Below, piece after piece: positions 26,301 through 41,100 of a stretch of DNA of 64,000 nucleotides. Source of the stretch: Auanema rhodensis (lineage: Eukaryota; Animalia; Nematoda); contig OZ059896.1 in NCBI GenBank assembly GCA_964057225.1, forward strand, positions 22,568,001-22,632,000. The letters run 5' to 3'. How positions within the stretch are numbered: position 1 is the first letter of the stretch; the number at the start of each line of letters is the position of its first letter. Under the pieces are notes generated by a model. It was given only the letters and a program-made list of their open reading frames with translations. It ran no database searches and was not told the DNA's origin. The position numbers and the translations under genes were made by a program.

Positions 26301-29300
26301 AAAAAGGAATCTAAAAACATCTACTTTTTGCTAAATTATTCTGAAATTTTTCGAAAAAATTTTTGTCAAAATGTTTTTGGAAGCAATGTTGAGTGTACAT
26401 GGAAACTCAACATACACTAATGCATCATGTTTCAAACGATCATAACTAATTTTTGTATTAAGCGTTTCTCAATGTAGTATAGTGCATTCGATGCGGATTT
26501 TTAAGCTGCGTCGATCTGTGTTATCAGATTTACGCTAGCTTAAAAATGCACCGAGATATCAACTGATATAAGTTCACACTTATATCCTCAATTTTCACCC
26601 TGAAGAATTAATTTTTTCGTAGAATAACATTGTCCATCGTCTTTGCCTTGAAAAAAGGAATCTAAAAACATCTACTTTTTGCTAAATTATTTTGAAATTT
26701 TTCGAAAAAAGTTTTGTCAAAATGTTTTTGGAAGCAATGTTGAGTGTACATGGAAACTCAACATACACTAATGCATCATTTTTCAAACGATCATAACTAA
26801 TTTTTTCATTAAGCGTTTCTCAATGTAGTATAGTGCATTCGATGCGGATTTTTAAGCTGCGTCGATCTGTGTTATCAGATTTGCGCTAGCTTAAAAATGC
26901 ACCGAGATATCAACTGATATAAGTTCACACTTATATCCTCAATTTTCACCCTGAAGAATTAATTTTTTCGTAGAATAACATTGTCCATCGTCTTTGCCTT
27001 GAAAAAAGGAATCTAAAAACATCTACTTTTTGCTAAATTATTTTGAAATTTTTCGAAAAAATTTTTGTCAAAATGTTTTTGGAAGCAATGTTGAGTGTAC
27101 ATGGAAACTCAACATACACTAATGCATCATGTTTCAAACGATCATAACTAATTTTTGTATTAAGCGTTTCTCAATGTAGTATAGTGCATTCGATGCGGAT
27201 TTTTAAGCTGCGTCGATCTGTGTTATCAGATTTACGCTAGCTTAAAAATGCACCGAGATATCAACTGATATAAGTTCACACTTATAGCCTCGATTTTCAC
27301 CCTGAAGAATTGATTTTTTCGTTGAATAACATTGTCAATCGTTTTTGCCTTGAAAAAAGAAATCCAAAAACATCTACTTTTTGCTAAATTATTTTGAAAT
27401 TTTTCGAAAAAATTTTTGTCAAAATGTTTTTGGAAGCAATGTTGATTGTACATGGAAACTCAACATACACTAATGCATCATTTTTCAAACGATCATAACT
27501 AATTTTTTCATTAAGCGTTTCTCAATGTAGTATAGTGCATTCGATGCGGATTTTTAAGCTGCGTCGATCTGTGTTATCAGATTTGCGCTAGCTTAAAAAT
27601 GCACCGAGATATCAACTGATATAAGTGCACACTTATATCCTCAATTTTCACCCTGAAGAATTAATTTTTTCGTAGAATAACATTGTCCATCGTCTTTGCC
27701 TTGAAAAAAGAAATCTAAAAACATCTACTTTTTGCTAAATTATCTTGGAATTTTTCGAAAAAATTTTTGTCAAAATGTTTTTGGAAGCAATGTTGAGTGT
27801 ACATGGAAACTCAACATACACTAATGCATCATTTTTCAAACGATCATAACTAATTTCTGTATTAAGCGTTTCTCAATGTAGTATAGTGCATTCGATGCGG
27901 ATTTTTAAGCTGCGTCGATCTGTGTTATCAGATTTGCGCTAGCTTGAAAATGCACCGAGATATCAACTGATATAAGTTCACACTTATATCCTCGATTTTC
28001 ACCCTGGAGAATTAATTTTTTCGTTGAATAACATTGTCCATCGTCTTTGCCTTGAAAAAAGGAATCTAAAAACATCTACTTTTTGCTAAATTATTTTGAA
28101 ATTTTTCGAAAAAATTTTTGTCAAAATGTTTTTGGAAGCAATGTTGAGTGTACATGGAAACTCAACATACACTAATGCATCATTTTTCAAACGATCATAA
28201 CTAATTTTTTCATTAAGCGTTTCTCAATGTAGTATAGTGCATTCGATGCGGATTTTTAAGCTGCGTCGATCTGTGTTATCAGATTTGCGCTAGCTTAAAA
28301 ATGCACTGAGATATCAACTGATATAAGTTCACACTTATATCCTCAATTTTCACCCTGAAGAATTAATTTTTTCGTAGAATAACATTGTCCATCGTCTTTG
28401 CCTTGAAAAAAGGAATCTAAAAACATCTACTTTTTGCTAAATTATTTTGAAATTTTTTGAAAAAAGTTTTGTCAAAATGTTTTTGGAAGCAATGTTGAGT
28501 GTACATGGAAACTCAACATACACTAATGCATCATTTTTCAAACGATCATAACTAATTTTTTCATTAAGCGTTTCTCAATGTAGTATAGTGCATTCGATGC
28601 GGATTTTTAAGCTGCGTCGATCTGTGTTATCAGATTTGCGCTAGCTTAAAAATGCACCGAGATATCAACTGATATAAGTTCACACTTATATCCTCAATTT
28701 TCACCCTGAAGAATTAATTTTTTCGTAGAATAACATTGTCCATCGTCTTTGCCTTGAAAAAAGGAATCTAAAAACATCTACTTTTTGCTAAATTATTTTG
28801 AAATTTTTCGAAAAAAGTTTTGTCAAAATGTTTTTGGAAGCAATGTTGAGTGTACATGGAAACTCAACATACACTAATGCATCATTTTTCAAACGATCAT
28901 AACTAATTTTTTCATTAAGCGTTTCTCAATGTAGTATAGTGCATTCGATGCGGATTTTTAAGCTGCGTCGATCTGTGTTATCAGATTTGCGCTAGCTTAA
29001 AAATGCACCGAGATATCAACTGATATAAGTTCACACTTATATCCTCAATTTTCACCCTGAAGAATTAATTTTTTCGTAGAATAACATTGTCCATCGTCTT
29101 TGCCTTGAAAAAAGGAATCTAAAAACATCTACTTTTTGCTAAATTATTTTGAAATTTTTCGAAAAAATTTTTGTCAAAATGTTTTTGGAAGCAATGTTGA
29201 GTGTACATGGAAACTCAACATACACTAATGCATCATGTTTCAAACGATCATAACTAATTTTTGTATTAAGCGTTTCTCAATGTAGTATAGTGCATTCGAT

Positions 29301-30900
29301 GCGGATTTTTAAGCTGCGTCGATCTGTGTTATCAGATTTACGCTAGCTTAAAAATGCACCGAGATATCAACTGATATAAGTTCACACTTATAGCCTCGAT
29401 TTTCACCCTGAAGAATTGATTTTTTCGTTGAATAACATTGTCAATCGTTTTTGCCTTGAAAAAAGAAATCCAAAAACATCTACTTTTTGCTAAATTATTT
29501 TGAAATTTTTCGAAAAAATTTTTGTCAAAATGTTTTTGGAAGCAATGTTGATTGTACATGGAAACTCAACATACACTAATGCATCATTTTTCAAACGATC
29601 ATAACTAATTTTTTCATTAAGCGTTTCTCAATGTAGTATAGTGCATTCGATGCGGATTTTTAAGCTGCGTCGATCTGTGTTATCAGATTTGCGCTAGCTT
29701 AAAAATGCACCGAGATATCAACTGATATAAGTGCACACTTATATCCTCAATTTTCACCCTGAAGAATTAATTTTTTCGTAGAATAACATTGTCCATCGTC
29801 TTTGCCTTGAAAAAAGGAATCTAAAAACATCTACTTTTTGCTAAATTATCTTGAAATTTTTCGAAAAAATTTTTGTCAAAATGTTTTTGGAAGCAATGTT
29901 GAGTGTACATGGAAACTCAACATACACTAATGCATCATTTTTCAAACGATCATAACTAATTTCTGTATTAAGCGTTTCTCAATGTAGTATAGTGCATTCG
30001 ATGCGGATTTTTAAGCTGCGTCGATCTGTGTTATCAGATTTGCGCTATCTTAAAAATGCACCGAGATATCAATTGATATAAGTTCACACTTATATCCTCG
30101 ATTTTCACCCTGAAGAATTAATTTTTTCGTTGAATAACTTTGTCCATCGTCTTTGCTTTGAAAAAAGGAATCTAAAAACATCTACTTTTTGCTAAATTAT
30201 TTTGAAATTTTTCGAAAAAATTTTTGTCAAAATGTTTTTGGAAGCAATGTTGAGTGTACATGGAAACTCAACATACACTAATGCATCATTTTTCAAACGA
30301 TCATAACTAATTTCTGTATTAAGCGTTTCTCAATGTAGTATAGTGCATTCGATGCGGATTTTTGAGCTGCGTCGATCTGTGTTATCAGATTTGCGCTAGC
30401 TTAAAAATGCACCGAGATATCAACTGATATAAGTTCACACTTATATCCTCGATTTTCACCCTGAAGAATTAATTTTTTCGTTGAATAACATTGTCCATCG
30501 TCTTTGCCTTAAAAAAAAGGAATCTAAAAACATCTACTTTTTGCTAAATTATTCTGAAATTTTTCGAAAAAATTTTTGTCAAAATGTTTTTGGAAGCAAT
30601 GTTGAGTGTACATGGAAACTCAACATACACTAATGCATCATGTTTCAAACGATCATAACTAATTTTTGTATTAAGCGTTTCTCAATGTAGTATAGTGCAT
30701 TCGATGCGGATTTTTAAGCTGCGTCGATCTGTGTTATCAGATTTACGCTAGCTTAAAAATGCACCGAGATATCAACTGATATAAGTTCACACTTATATCC
30801 TCAATTTTCACCCTGAAGAATTAATTTTTTCGTAGAATAACATTGTCCATCGTCTTTGCCTTGAAAAAAGGAATCTAAAAACATCTACTTTTTGCTAAAT
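20358..30900. repeat. 6-monomer repeat (2106 bp) nested in a 13-monomer duplication (4565 bp)
   Basis: ccctggag at 21336/23442/28007, gcactgag at 21636/23742/28307, and tttgagct at 25799/30364. X-monomer ORFs shift 22667 to 27232 and 24773 to 29338 (both 4565). Ends approximate. Confidence 0.85.
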
Positions 30901-33900
30901 TATCTTGAAATTTTTCGAAAAAATTTTTGTCAAAATGTTTTTGGAAGCAATGTTGAGTGTACATGGAAACTCAACATACACTAATGCATCATTTTTCAAA
31001 CGATCATAACTAATTTCTGTATTAAGCGTTTCTCAATGTAGTATAGTGCATTCGATGCGGATTTTTAAGCTGCGTCGATCTGTGTTATCAGATTTGCGCT
31101 ATCTTAAAAATGCACCGAGATATCAATTGATATAAGTTCACACTTATATCCTCGATTTTCACCCTGAAGAATTAATTTTTTCGTTGAATAACTTTGTCCA
31201 TCGTCTTTGCTTTGAAAAAAGGAATCTAAAAACATCTACTTTTTGCTAAATTATTTTGAAATTTTTCGAAAAAATTTTTGTCAAAATGTTTTTGGAAGCA
31301 ATGTTGAGTGTACATGGAAACTCAACATACACTAATGCATCATTTTTCAAACGATCATAACTAATTTCTGTATTAAGCGTTTCTCAATGTAGTATAGTGC
31401 ATTCGATGCGGATTTTTAAGCTGCGTCGATCTGTGTTATCAGATTTGCGCTAGCTTAAAAATGCACCGAGATATCAACTGATATAAGTTCACACTTATAT
31501 CCTCGATTTTCACCCTGAAGAATTAATTTTTTCGTTGAATAACATTGTCCATCGTCTTTGCCTTAAAAAAAAGGAATCTAAAAACATCTACTTTTTGCTA
31601 AATTATTCTGAAATTTTTCGAAAAAATTTTTGTCAAAATGTTTTTGGAAGCAATGTTGAGTGTACATGGAAACTCAACATACACTAATGCATCATGTTTC
31701 AAACGATCATAACTAATTTTTGTATTAAGCGTTTCTCAATGTAGTATAGTGCATTCGATGCGGATTTTTAAGCTGCGTCGATCTGTGTTATCAGATTTAC
31801 GCTAGCTTAAAAATGCACCGAGATATCAACTGATATAAGTTCACACTTATATCCTCAATTTTCACCCTGAAGAATTAATTTTTTCGTAGAATAACATTGT
31901 CCATCGTCTTTGCCTTGAAAAAAGGAATCTAAAAACATCTACTTTTTGCTAAATTATTTTGAAATTTTTCGAAAAAAGTTTTGTCAAAATGTTTTTGGAA
32001 GCAATGTTGAGTGTACATGGAAACTCAACATACACTAATGCATCATTTTTCAAACGATCATAACTAATTTTTTCATTAAGCGTTTCTCAATGTAGTATAG
32101 TGCATTCGATGCGGATTTTTAAGCTGCGTCGATCTGTGTTATCAGATTTGCGCTAGCTTAAAAATGCACCGAGATATCAACTGATATAAGTTCACACTTA
32201 TATCCTCAATTTTCACCCTGAAGAATTAATTTTTTCGTAGAATAACATTGTCCATCGTCTTTGCCTTGAAAAAAGGAATCTAAAAACATCTACTTTTTGC
32301 TAAATTATTTTGAAATTTTTCGAAAAAATTTTTGTCAAAATGTTTTTGGAAGCAATGTTGAGTGTACATGGAAACTCAACATACACTAATGCATCATGTT
32401 TCAAACGATCATAACTAATTTTTGTATTAAGCGTTTCTCAATGTAGTATAGTGCATTCGATGCGGATTTTTAAGCTGCGTCGATCTGTGTTATCAGATTT
32501 ACGCTAGCTTAAAAATGCACCGAGATATCAACTGATATAAGTTCACACTTATAGCCTCGATTTTCACCCTGAAGAATTGATTTTTTCGTTGAATAACATT
32601 GTCAATCGTTTTTGCCTTGAAAAAAGAAATCCAAAAACATCTACTTTTTGCTAAATTATTTTGAAATTTTTCGAAAAAATTTTTGTCAAAATGTTTTTGG
32701 AAGCAATGTTGATTGTACATGGAAACTCAACATACACTAATGCATCATTTTTCAAACGATCATAACTAATTTTTTCATTAAGCGTTTCTCAATGTAGTAT
32801 AGTGCATTCGATGCGGATTTTTAAGCTGCGTCGATCTGTGTTATCAGATTTGCGCTATCTTAAAAATGCACCGAGATATCAATTGATATAAGTTCACACT
32901 TATATCCTCGATTTTCACCCTGAAGAATTAATTTTTTCGTTGAATAACTTTGTCCATCGTCTTTGCTTTGAAAAAAGGAATCTAAAAACATCTACTTTTT
33001 GCTAAATTATTTTGAAATTTTTCGAAAAAATTTTTGTCAAAATGTTTTTGGAAGCAATGTTGAGTGTACATGGAAACTCAACATACACTAATGCATCATT
33101 TTTCAAACGATCATAACTAATTTCTGTATTAAGCGTTTCTCAATGTAGTATAGTGCATTCGATGCGGATTTTTGAGCTGCGTCGATCTGTGTTATCAGAT
33201 TTGCGCTAGCTTAAAAATGCACCGAGATATCAACTGATATAAGTTCACACTTATATCCTCGATTTTCACCCTGAAGAATTAATTTTTTCGTTGAATAACA
33301 TTGTCCATCGTCTTTGCCTTAAAAAAAAGGAATCTAAAAACATCTACTTTTTGCTAAATTATTCTGAAATTTTTCGAAAAAATTTTTGTCAAAATGTTTT
33401 TGGAAGCAATGTTGAGTGTACATGGAAACTCAACATACACTAATGCATCATGTTTCAAACGATCATAACTAATTTTTGTATTAAGCGTTTCTCAATGTAG
33501 TATAGTGCATTCGATGCGGATTTTTAAGCTGCGTCGATCTGTGTTATCAGATTTACGCTAGCTTAAAAATGCACCGAGATATCAACTGATATAAGTTCAC
33601 ACTTATATCCTCAATTTTCACCCTGAAGAATTAATTTTTTCGTAGAATAACATTGTCCATCGTCTTTGCCTTGAAAAAAGGAATCTAAAAACATCTACTT
33701 TTTGCTAAATTATCTTGAAATTTTTCGAAAAAATTTTTGTCAAAATGTTTTTGGAAGCAATGTTGAGTGTACATGGAAACTCAACATACACTAATGCATC
33801 ATTTTTCAAACGATCATAACTAATTTCTGTATTAAGCGTTTCTCAATGTAGTATAGTGCATTCGATGCGGATTTTTAAGCTGCGTCGATCTGTGTTATCA

Positions 33901-35650
33901 GATTTGCGCTATCTTAAAAATGCACCGAGATATCAATTGATATAAGTTCACACTTATATCCTCGATTTTCACCCTGAAGAATTAATTTTTTCGTTGAATA
34001 ACTTTGTCCATCGTCTTTGCTTTGAAAAAAGGAATCTAAAAACATCTACTTTTTGCTAAATTATTTTGAAATTTTTCGAAAAAATTTTTGTCAAAATGTT
34101 TTTGGAAGCAATGTTGAGTGTACATGGAAACTCAACATACACTAATGCATCATTTTTCAAACGATCATAACTAATTTCTGTATTAAGCGTTTCTCAATGT
34201 AGTATAGTGCATTCGATGCGGATTTTTAAGCTGCGTCGATCTGTGTTATCAGATTTGCGCTAGCTTAAAAATGCACCGAGATATCAACTGATATAAGTTC
34301 ACACTTATATCCTCGATTTTCACCCTGAAGAATTAATTTTTTCGTTGAATAACATTGTCCATCGTCTTTGCCTTAAAAAAAAGGAATCTAAAAACATCTA
34401 CTTTTTGCTAAATTATTCTGAAATTTTTCGAAAAAATTTTTGTCAAAATGTTTTTGGAAGCAATGTTGAGTGTACATGGAAACTCAACATACACTAATGC
34501 ATCATGTTTCAAACGATCATAACTAATTTTTGTATTAAGCGTTTCTCAATGTAGTATAGTGCATTCGATGCGGATTTTTAAGCTGCGTCGATCTGTGTTA
34601 TCAGATTTACGCTAGCTTAAAAATGCACCGAGATATCAACTGATATAAGTTCACACTTATATCCTCAATTTTCACCCTGAAGAATTAATTTTTTCGTAGA
34701 ATAACATTGTCCATCGTCTTTGCCTTGAAAAAAGGAATCTAAAAACATCTACTTTTTGCTAAATTATTTTGAAATTTTTCGAAAAAAGTTTTGTCAAAAT
34801 GTTTTTGGAAGCAATGTTGAGTGTACATGGAAACTCAACATACACTAATGCATCATTTTTCAAACGATCATAACTAATTTTTTCATTAAGCGTTTCTCAA
34901 TGTAGTATAGTGCATTCGATGCGGATTTTTAAGCTGCGTCGATCTGTGTTATCAGATTTGCGCTAGCTTAAAAATGCACCGAGATATCAACTGATATAAG
35001 TTCACACTTATATCCTCAATTTTCACCCTGAAGAATTAATTTTTTCGTAGAATAACATTGTCCATCGTCTTTGCCTTGAAAAAAGGAATCTAAAAACATC
35101 TACTTTTTGCTAAATTATTTTGAAATTTTTCGAAAAAATTTTTGTCAAAATGTTTTTGGAAGCAATGTTGAGTGTACATGGAAACTCAACATACACTAAT
35201 GCATCATGTTTCAAACGATCATAACTAATTTTTGTATTAAGCGTTTCTCAATGTAGTATAGTGCATTCGATGCGGATTTTTAAGCTGCGTCGATCTGTGT
35301 TATCAGATTTACGCTAGCTTAAAAATGCACCGAGATATCAACTGATATAAGTTCACACTTATAGCCTCGATTTTCACCCTGAAGAATTGATTTTTTCGTT
35401 GAATAACATTGTCAATCGTTTTTGCCTTGAAAAAAGAAATCCAAAAACATCTACTTTTTGCTAAATTATTTTGAAATTTTTCGAAAAAATTTTTGTCAAA
35501 ATGTTTTTGGAAGCAATGTTGATTGTACATGGAAACTCAACATACACTAATGCATCATTTTTCAAACGATCATAACTAATTTTTTCATTAAGCGTTTCTC
35601 AATGTAGTATAGTGCATTCGATGCGGATTTTTAAGCTGCGTCGATCTGTG
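30000..35650. repeat. 8-monomer tandem duplication (2810 bp)
   Basis: tttgagct at 30364/33174 and X-monomer ORFs at 32499/35309. Ends approximate. Confidence 0.8.
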
Positions 35651-38199
35651 TTATCAGATTTGCGCTAGCTTAAAAATGCACCGAGATATCAACTGATATA
35701 AGTGCACACTTATATCCTCAATTTTCACACTGAAGAATTAATTTTTTCGTAGAATAACATTGTCCATCGTCTTTGCCTTGAAAAAAGGAATCTAAAAACA
35801 TCTACTTTTTGCTAAATTATCTTGAAATTTTTCGAAAAAATTTTTGTCAAAATGTTTTTGGAAGCAATGTTGAGTGTACATGGAAACTCAACATACACTA
35901 ATGCATCATTTTTCAAACGATCATAACTAATTTCTGTATTAAGCGTTTCTCAATGTAGTATAGTGCATTCGATGCGGATTTTTAAGCTGCGTCGATCTGT
36001 GTTATCAGATTTGCGCTATCTTAAAAATGCACCGAGATATCAATTGATATAAGTTCACACTTATATCCTCGATTTTCACCCTGAAGAATTAATTTTTTCG
36101 TTGAATAACTTTGTCCATCGTCTTTGCTTTGAAAAAAGGAATCTAAAAACATCTACTTTTTGCTAAATTATTTTGAAATTTTTCGAAAAAATTTTTGTCA
36201 AAATGTTTTTGGAAGCAATGTTGAGTGTACATGGAAACTCAACATACACTAATGCATCATTTTTCAAACGATCATAACTAATTTCTGTATTAAGCGTTTC
36301 TCAATGTAGTATAGTGCATTCGATGCGGATTTTTAAGCTGCGTCGATCTGTGTTATCAGATTTGCGCTAGCTTAAAAATGCACCGAGATATCAACTGATA
36401 TAAGTTCACACTTATATCCTCGATTTTCACCCTGAAGAAATACTTTTTCCGTTGAATAACATTGTCCATCGTCTTTGCCTTAAAAAAAAGGAATCTAAAA
36501 ACATCTACTTTTTGCTAAATTATTCTGAAATTTTTCGAAAAAATTTTTGTCAAAATGTTTTTGGAAGCAATGTTGAGTGTACATGGAAACTCAACATACA
36601 CTAATGCATCATGTTTCAAACGATCATAACTAATTTTTGTATTAAGCGTTTCTCAATGTAGTATAGTGCATTCGATGCGGATTTTTAAGCTGCGTCGATC
36701 TGTGTTATCAGATTTACGCTAGCTTAAAAATGCACCGAGATATCAACTGATATAAGTTCACACTTATATCCTCAATTTTCACCCTGAAGAATTAATTTTT
36801 TCGTAGAATAACATTGTCCATCGTCTTTGCCTTGAAAAAAGAAATCTAAAAACATCTACTTTTTGCTAAATTATTTTGAAATTTTTCGAAAAAATTTTTG
36901 TCAAAATGTTTTTGGAAGCAATGTTGAGTGTACATGGAAACTCAACATACACTAATGCATCATTTTTCAAACGATCATAACTAATTTCTGTATTAAGCGT
37001 TTCTCAATGTAGTATAGTGCATTCGATGCGGATTTTTAAGCTGCGTCGATCTGTGTTATCAGATTTGCGCTATCTTAAAAATGCACCGAGATATCAATTG
37101 ATATAAGTTCACACTTATATCCTCGATTTTCACCCTGAAAAATTAATTTTTTCGTTGAATAACATTGTCCATCGTCTTTGCTTTGAAAAAAGAAATCTAA
37201 AAACATCTACTTTTTGCTAAATTATTCTGAAATTTTTCGAAAAAATTTTTGTCAAAATGTTTTTGGAAGCAATGTTGAGTGTACATGGAAACTCAACATA
37301 CACTAATGCATCATTTTTCAAACGATCATAACTAATTTTTGTATTAAGCGTTTCTCAATGTAGTATAGTGCATTCGATGCGGATTTTTAAGCTGCGTCGA
37401 TCTGTGTTATCAGATTTGCGCTAGCTTAAAAATGCACCGAGATATCAACTGATATAAGTTCACACTTATAGCCTCGATTTTCACCCTGAAGAATTAATTT
37501 TTTCGTTGAATAACATTGTCCATCGTCTTTGCTTTGAAAAAAGGAATCTAAAAACATCTACTTTTTGCTAAATTATTTTGAAATTTTTCGAAAAAATTTT
37601 TGTCAAAATGTTTTTGGAAGCAATGTTGAGTGTTTATGGAAACTCAACATACACTAATGCATCATTTTTCAAACGATCATAACTAATTTCTGTATTAAGC
37701 GTTTCTCAATGTAGTATAGTGCATTCGATGCGGATTTTTAAGCTGCGTCGATCTGTGTTATCAGATTTGCGCTAGCTTAAAAATGCACCGAGATATCAAC
37801 TGATATAAGTTCACACTTATATCCTCGATTTTCACCCTGAAGAATTAATTTTTTCGTTGAATAACATTGTCCATCGTCTTTGCCTTGAAAAAAGGAATCT
37901 AAAAACATCTACTTTTTGCTAAATTATTTTGAAATTTTTCGAAAAAATTTTTGTCAAAATGTTTTTGGAAGTAATGTTGAGTGTACATGGAAACTCAACA
38001 TACACTAATGCATCATTTTTCAAACGATCATAACTAATTTCTGTATTAAGCGTTTCTCAATGTAGTATAGTGCATTCGATGCGGATTTTTAAGCTGCGTC
38101 GATCTGTGTTATCAGATTTACGCTAGCTTAAAAATGCACCGAGATATCAACTGATATAAGTTCACACTTATATCCTCAATTTTCACCCTGAAGAATTAA

Positions 38200-41100
38200 T
38201 TTTTTCGTAGAATAACATTGTCCATCGTCTTTGCCTTGAAAAAAGAAATCTAAAAACATCTACTTTTTGCTAAATTATTTTGAAATTTTTCGAAAAAATT
38301 TTTGTCAAAATGTTTTTGGAAGCAATGTTGAGTGTACATGGAAACTCAACATACACTAATGCATCATTTTTCAAACGATCATAACTAATTTCTGTATTAA
38401 GCGTTTCTCAATGTAGTATAGTGCATTCGATGCGGATTTTTAAGCTGCGTCGATCTGTGTTATCAGATTTGCGCTATCTTAAAATGCACCGAGATATCAA
38501 TTGATATAAGTTCACACTTATATCCTCGATTTTCACCCTGAAGAATTAATTTTTTCGTTGAATAACATTGTCCATCGTCTTTGCTTTGAAAAAAGAAATC
38601 TAAAAACATCTACTTTTTGCTAAATTATTTTGAAATTTTTCGAAAAAATTTTTGTCAAAATGTTTTTGGAAGCAATGTTGAGTGTACATGGAAACTCAAC
38701 ATACACTAATGCATCATTTTTCAAACGATCATAACTAATTTCTGTATTAAGCGTTTCTCAATGTAGTATAGTGCATTCGATGCGGATTTTTAAGCTGCGT
38801 CGATCTGTGTTATCAGATTTGCGCTAGCTTAAAAATGCACCGAGATATCAACTGATATAAGTTCACACTTATATCCTCGATTTTCACCCTGAAGAATTAA
38901 TTTTTTCGTTGAATAACATTGTCCATCGTCTTTGCCTTAAAAAAAGGAATCTAAAAACATCTACTTTTTGCTAAATTATTCTGAAATTTTTCGAAAAAAT
39001 TTTTGTCAAAATGTTTTTGGAAGCAATGTTGAGTGTACATGGAAACTCAACATACACTAATGCATCATTTTTCAAACGATCATAACTAATTTTTGTATTA
39101 AGCGTTTCTCAATGTAGTATAGTGCATTCGATGCGGATTTTTAAGCTGCGTCGATCTGTGTTATCAGATTTGCGCTAGCTTAAAAATGCACCGAGATATC
39201 AACTGATATAAGTTCACACTTATAGCCTCGATTTTCACCCTGAAGAATTAATTTTTTCGTTGAATAACATTGTCCATCGTCTTTGCTTTGAAAAAAGGAA
39301 TCTAAAAACATCTACTTTTTGCTAAATTATTTTGAAATTTTTCGAAAAAATTTTTGTCAAAATGTTTTTGGAAGCAATGTTGAGTGTTTATGGAAACTCA
39401 ACATACACTAATGCATCATTTTTCAAACGATCATAACTAATTTCTGTATTAAGCGTTTCTCAATGTAGTATAGTGCATTCGATGCGGATTTTTAAGCTGC
39501 GTCGATCTGTGTTATCAGATTTGCGCTAGCTTAAAAATGCACCGAGATATCAACTGATATAAGTTCACACTTATATCCTCGATTTTCACCCTGAAGAATT
39601 AATTTTTTCGTTGAATAACATTGTCCATCGTCTTTGCCTTGAAAAAAGGAATCTAAAAACATCTACTTTTTGCTAAATTATTTTGAAATTTTTCGAAAAA
39701 ATTTTTGTCAAAATGTTTTTGGAAGTAATGTTGAGTGTACATGGAAACTCAACATACACTAATGCATCATTTTTCAAACGATCATAACTAATTTCTGTAT
39801 TAAGCGTTTCTCAATGTAGTATAGTGCATTCGATGCGGATTTTTAAGCTGCGTCGATCTGTGTTATCAGATTTGCGCTAGCTTAAAAATGCACCGAGATA
39901 TCAACTGATATAAGTTCACACTTATATCCTCGATTTTCACCCTGAAGAATTAATTTTTTCGTTGAATAACATTGTCCATCGTCTTTGCCTTAAAAAAAGG
40001 AATCTAAAAACATCTACTTTTTGCTAAATTATTCTGAAATTTTTCGAAAAAATTTTTGTCAAAATGTTTTTGGAAGCAATGTTGAGTGTACATGGAAACT
40101 CAACATACACTAATGCATCATTTTTCAAACGATCATAACTAATTTTTGTATTAAGCGTTTCTCAATGTAGTATAGTGCATTCGATGCGGATTTTTAAGCT
40201 GCGTCGATCTGTGTTATCAGATTTGCGCTAGCTTAAAAATGCACCGAGATATCAACTGATATAAGTTCACACTTATAGCCTCGATTTTCACCCTGAAGAA
40301 TTAATTTTTTCGTAGAATAACATTGTCCATCGTCTTTGCCTTGAAAAAAGAAATCTAAAAACATCTACTTTTTGCTAAATTATTTTGAAATTTTTCGAAA
40401 AAATTTTTGTCAAAATGTTTTTGGAAGCAATGTTGAGTGTACATGGAAACTCAACATACACTAATGCATCATTTTTCAAACGATCATAACTAATTTCTGT
40501 ATTAAGCGTTTCTCAATGTAGTATAGTGCATTCGATGCGGATTTTTAAGCTGCGTCGATCTGTGTTATCAGATTTGCGCTATCTTAAAATGCACCGAGAT
40601 ATCAATTGATATAAGTTCACACTTATATCCTCGATTTTCACCCTGAAGAATTAATTTTTTCGTTGAATAACATTGTCCATCGTCTTTGCTTTGAAAAAAG
40701 AAATCTAAAAACATCTACTTTTTGCTAAATTATTTTGAAATTTTTCGAAAAAATTTTTGTCAAAATGTTTTTGGAAGCAATGTTGAGTGTACATGGAAAC
40801 TCAACATACACTAATGCATCATTTTTCAAACGATCATAACTAATTTCTGTATTAAGCGTTTCTCAATGTAGTATAGTGCATTCGATGCGGATTTTTAAGC
40901 TGCGTCGATCTGTGTTATCAGATTTGCGCTAGCTTAAAAATGCACCGAGATATCAACTGATATAAGTTCACACTTATATCCTCGATTTTCACCCTGAAGA
41001 ATTAATTTTTTCGTTGAATAACATTGTCCATCGTCTTTGCCTTAAAAAAAGGAATCTAAAAACATCTACTTTTTGCTAAATTATTCTGAAATTTTTCGAA

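Larger units (their letters stand above)
19950..37212. repeat. Subfamily domain A, main block
   Basis: Contains seven X monomers (ORF track 20561-35530) and all the remaining ttttcatt variants. I saw no gaagtaat between ~19713 and ~37972 and no gtgtttatgg between ~19025 and ~37635. Confidence 0.8.

Noticed and set aside
555-35530. Eight 73-aa minus-strand ORFs (MYNQHCF...) as genes
   Set aside because: They lie wholly inside satellite monomers, exist only where SNPs remove stops, have AT-driven composition, and show no domain or gene context.
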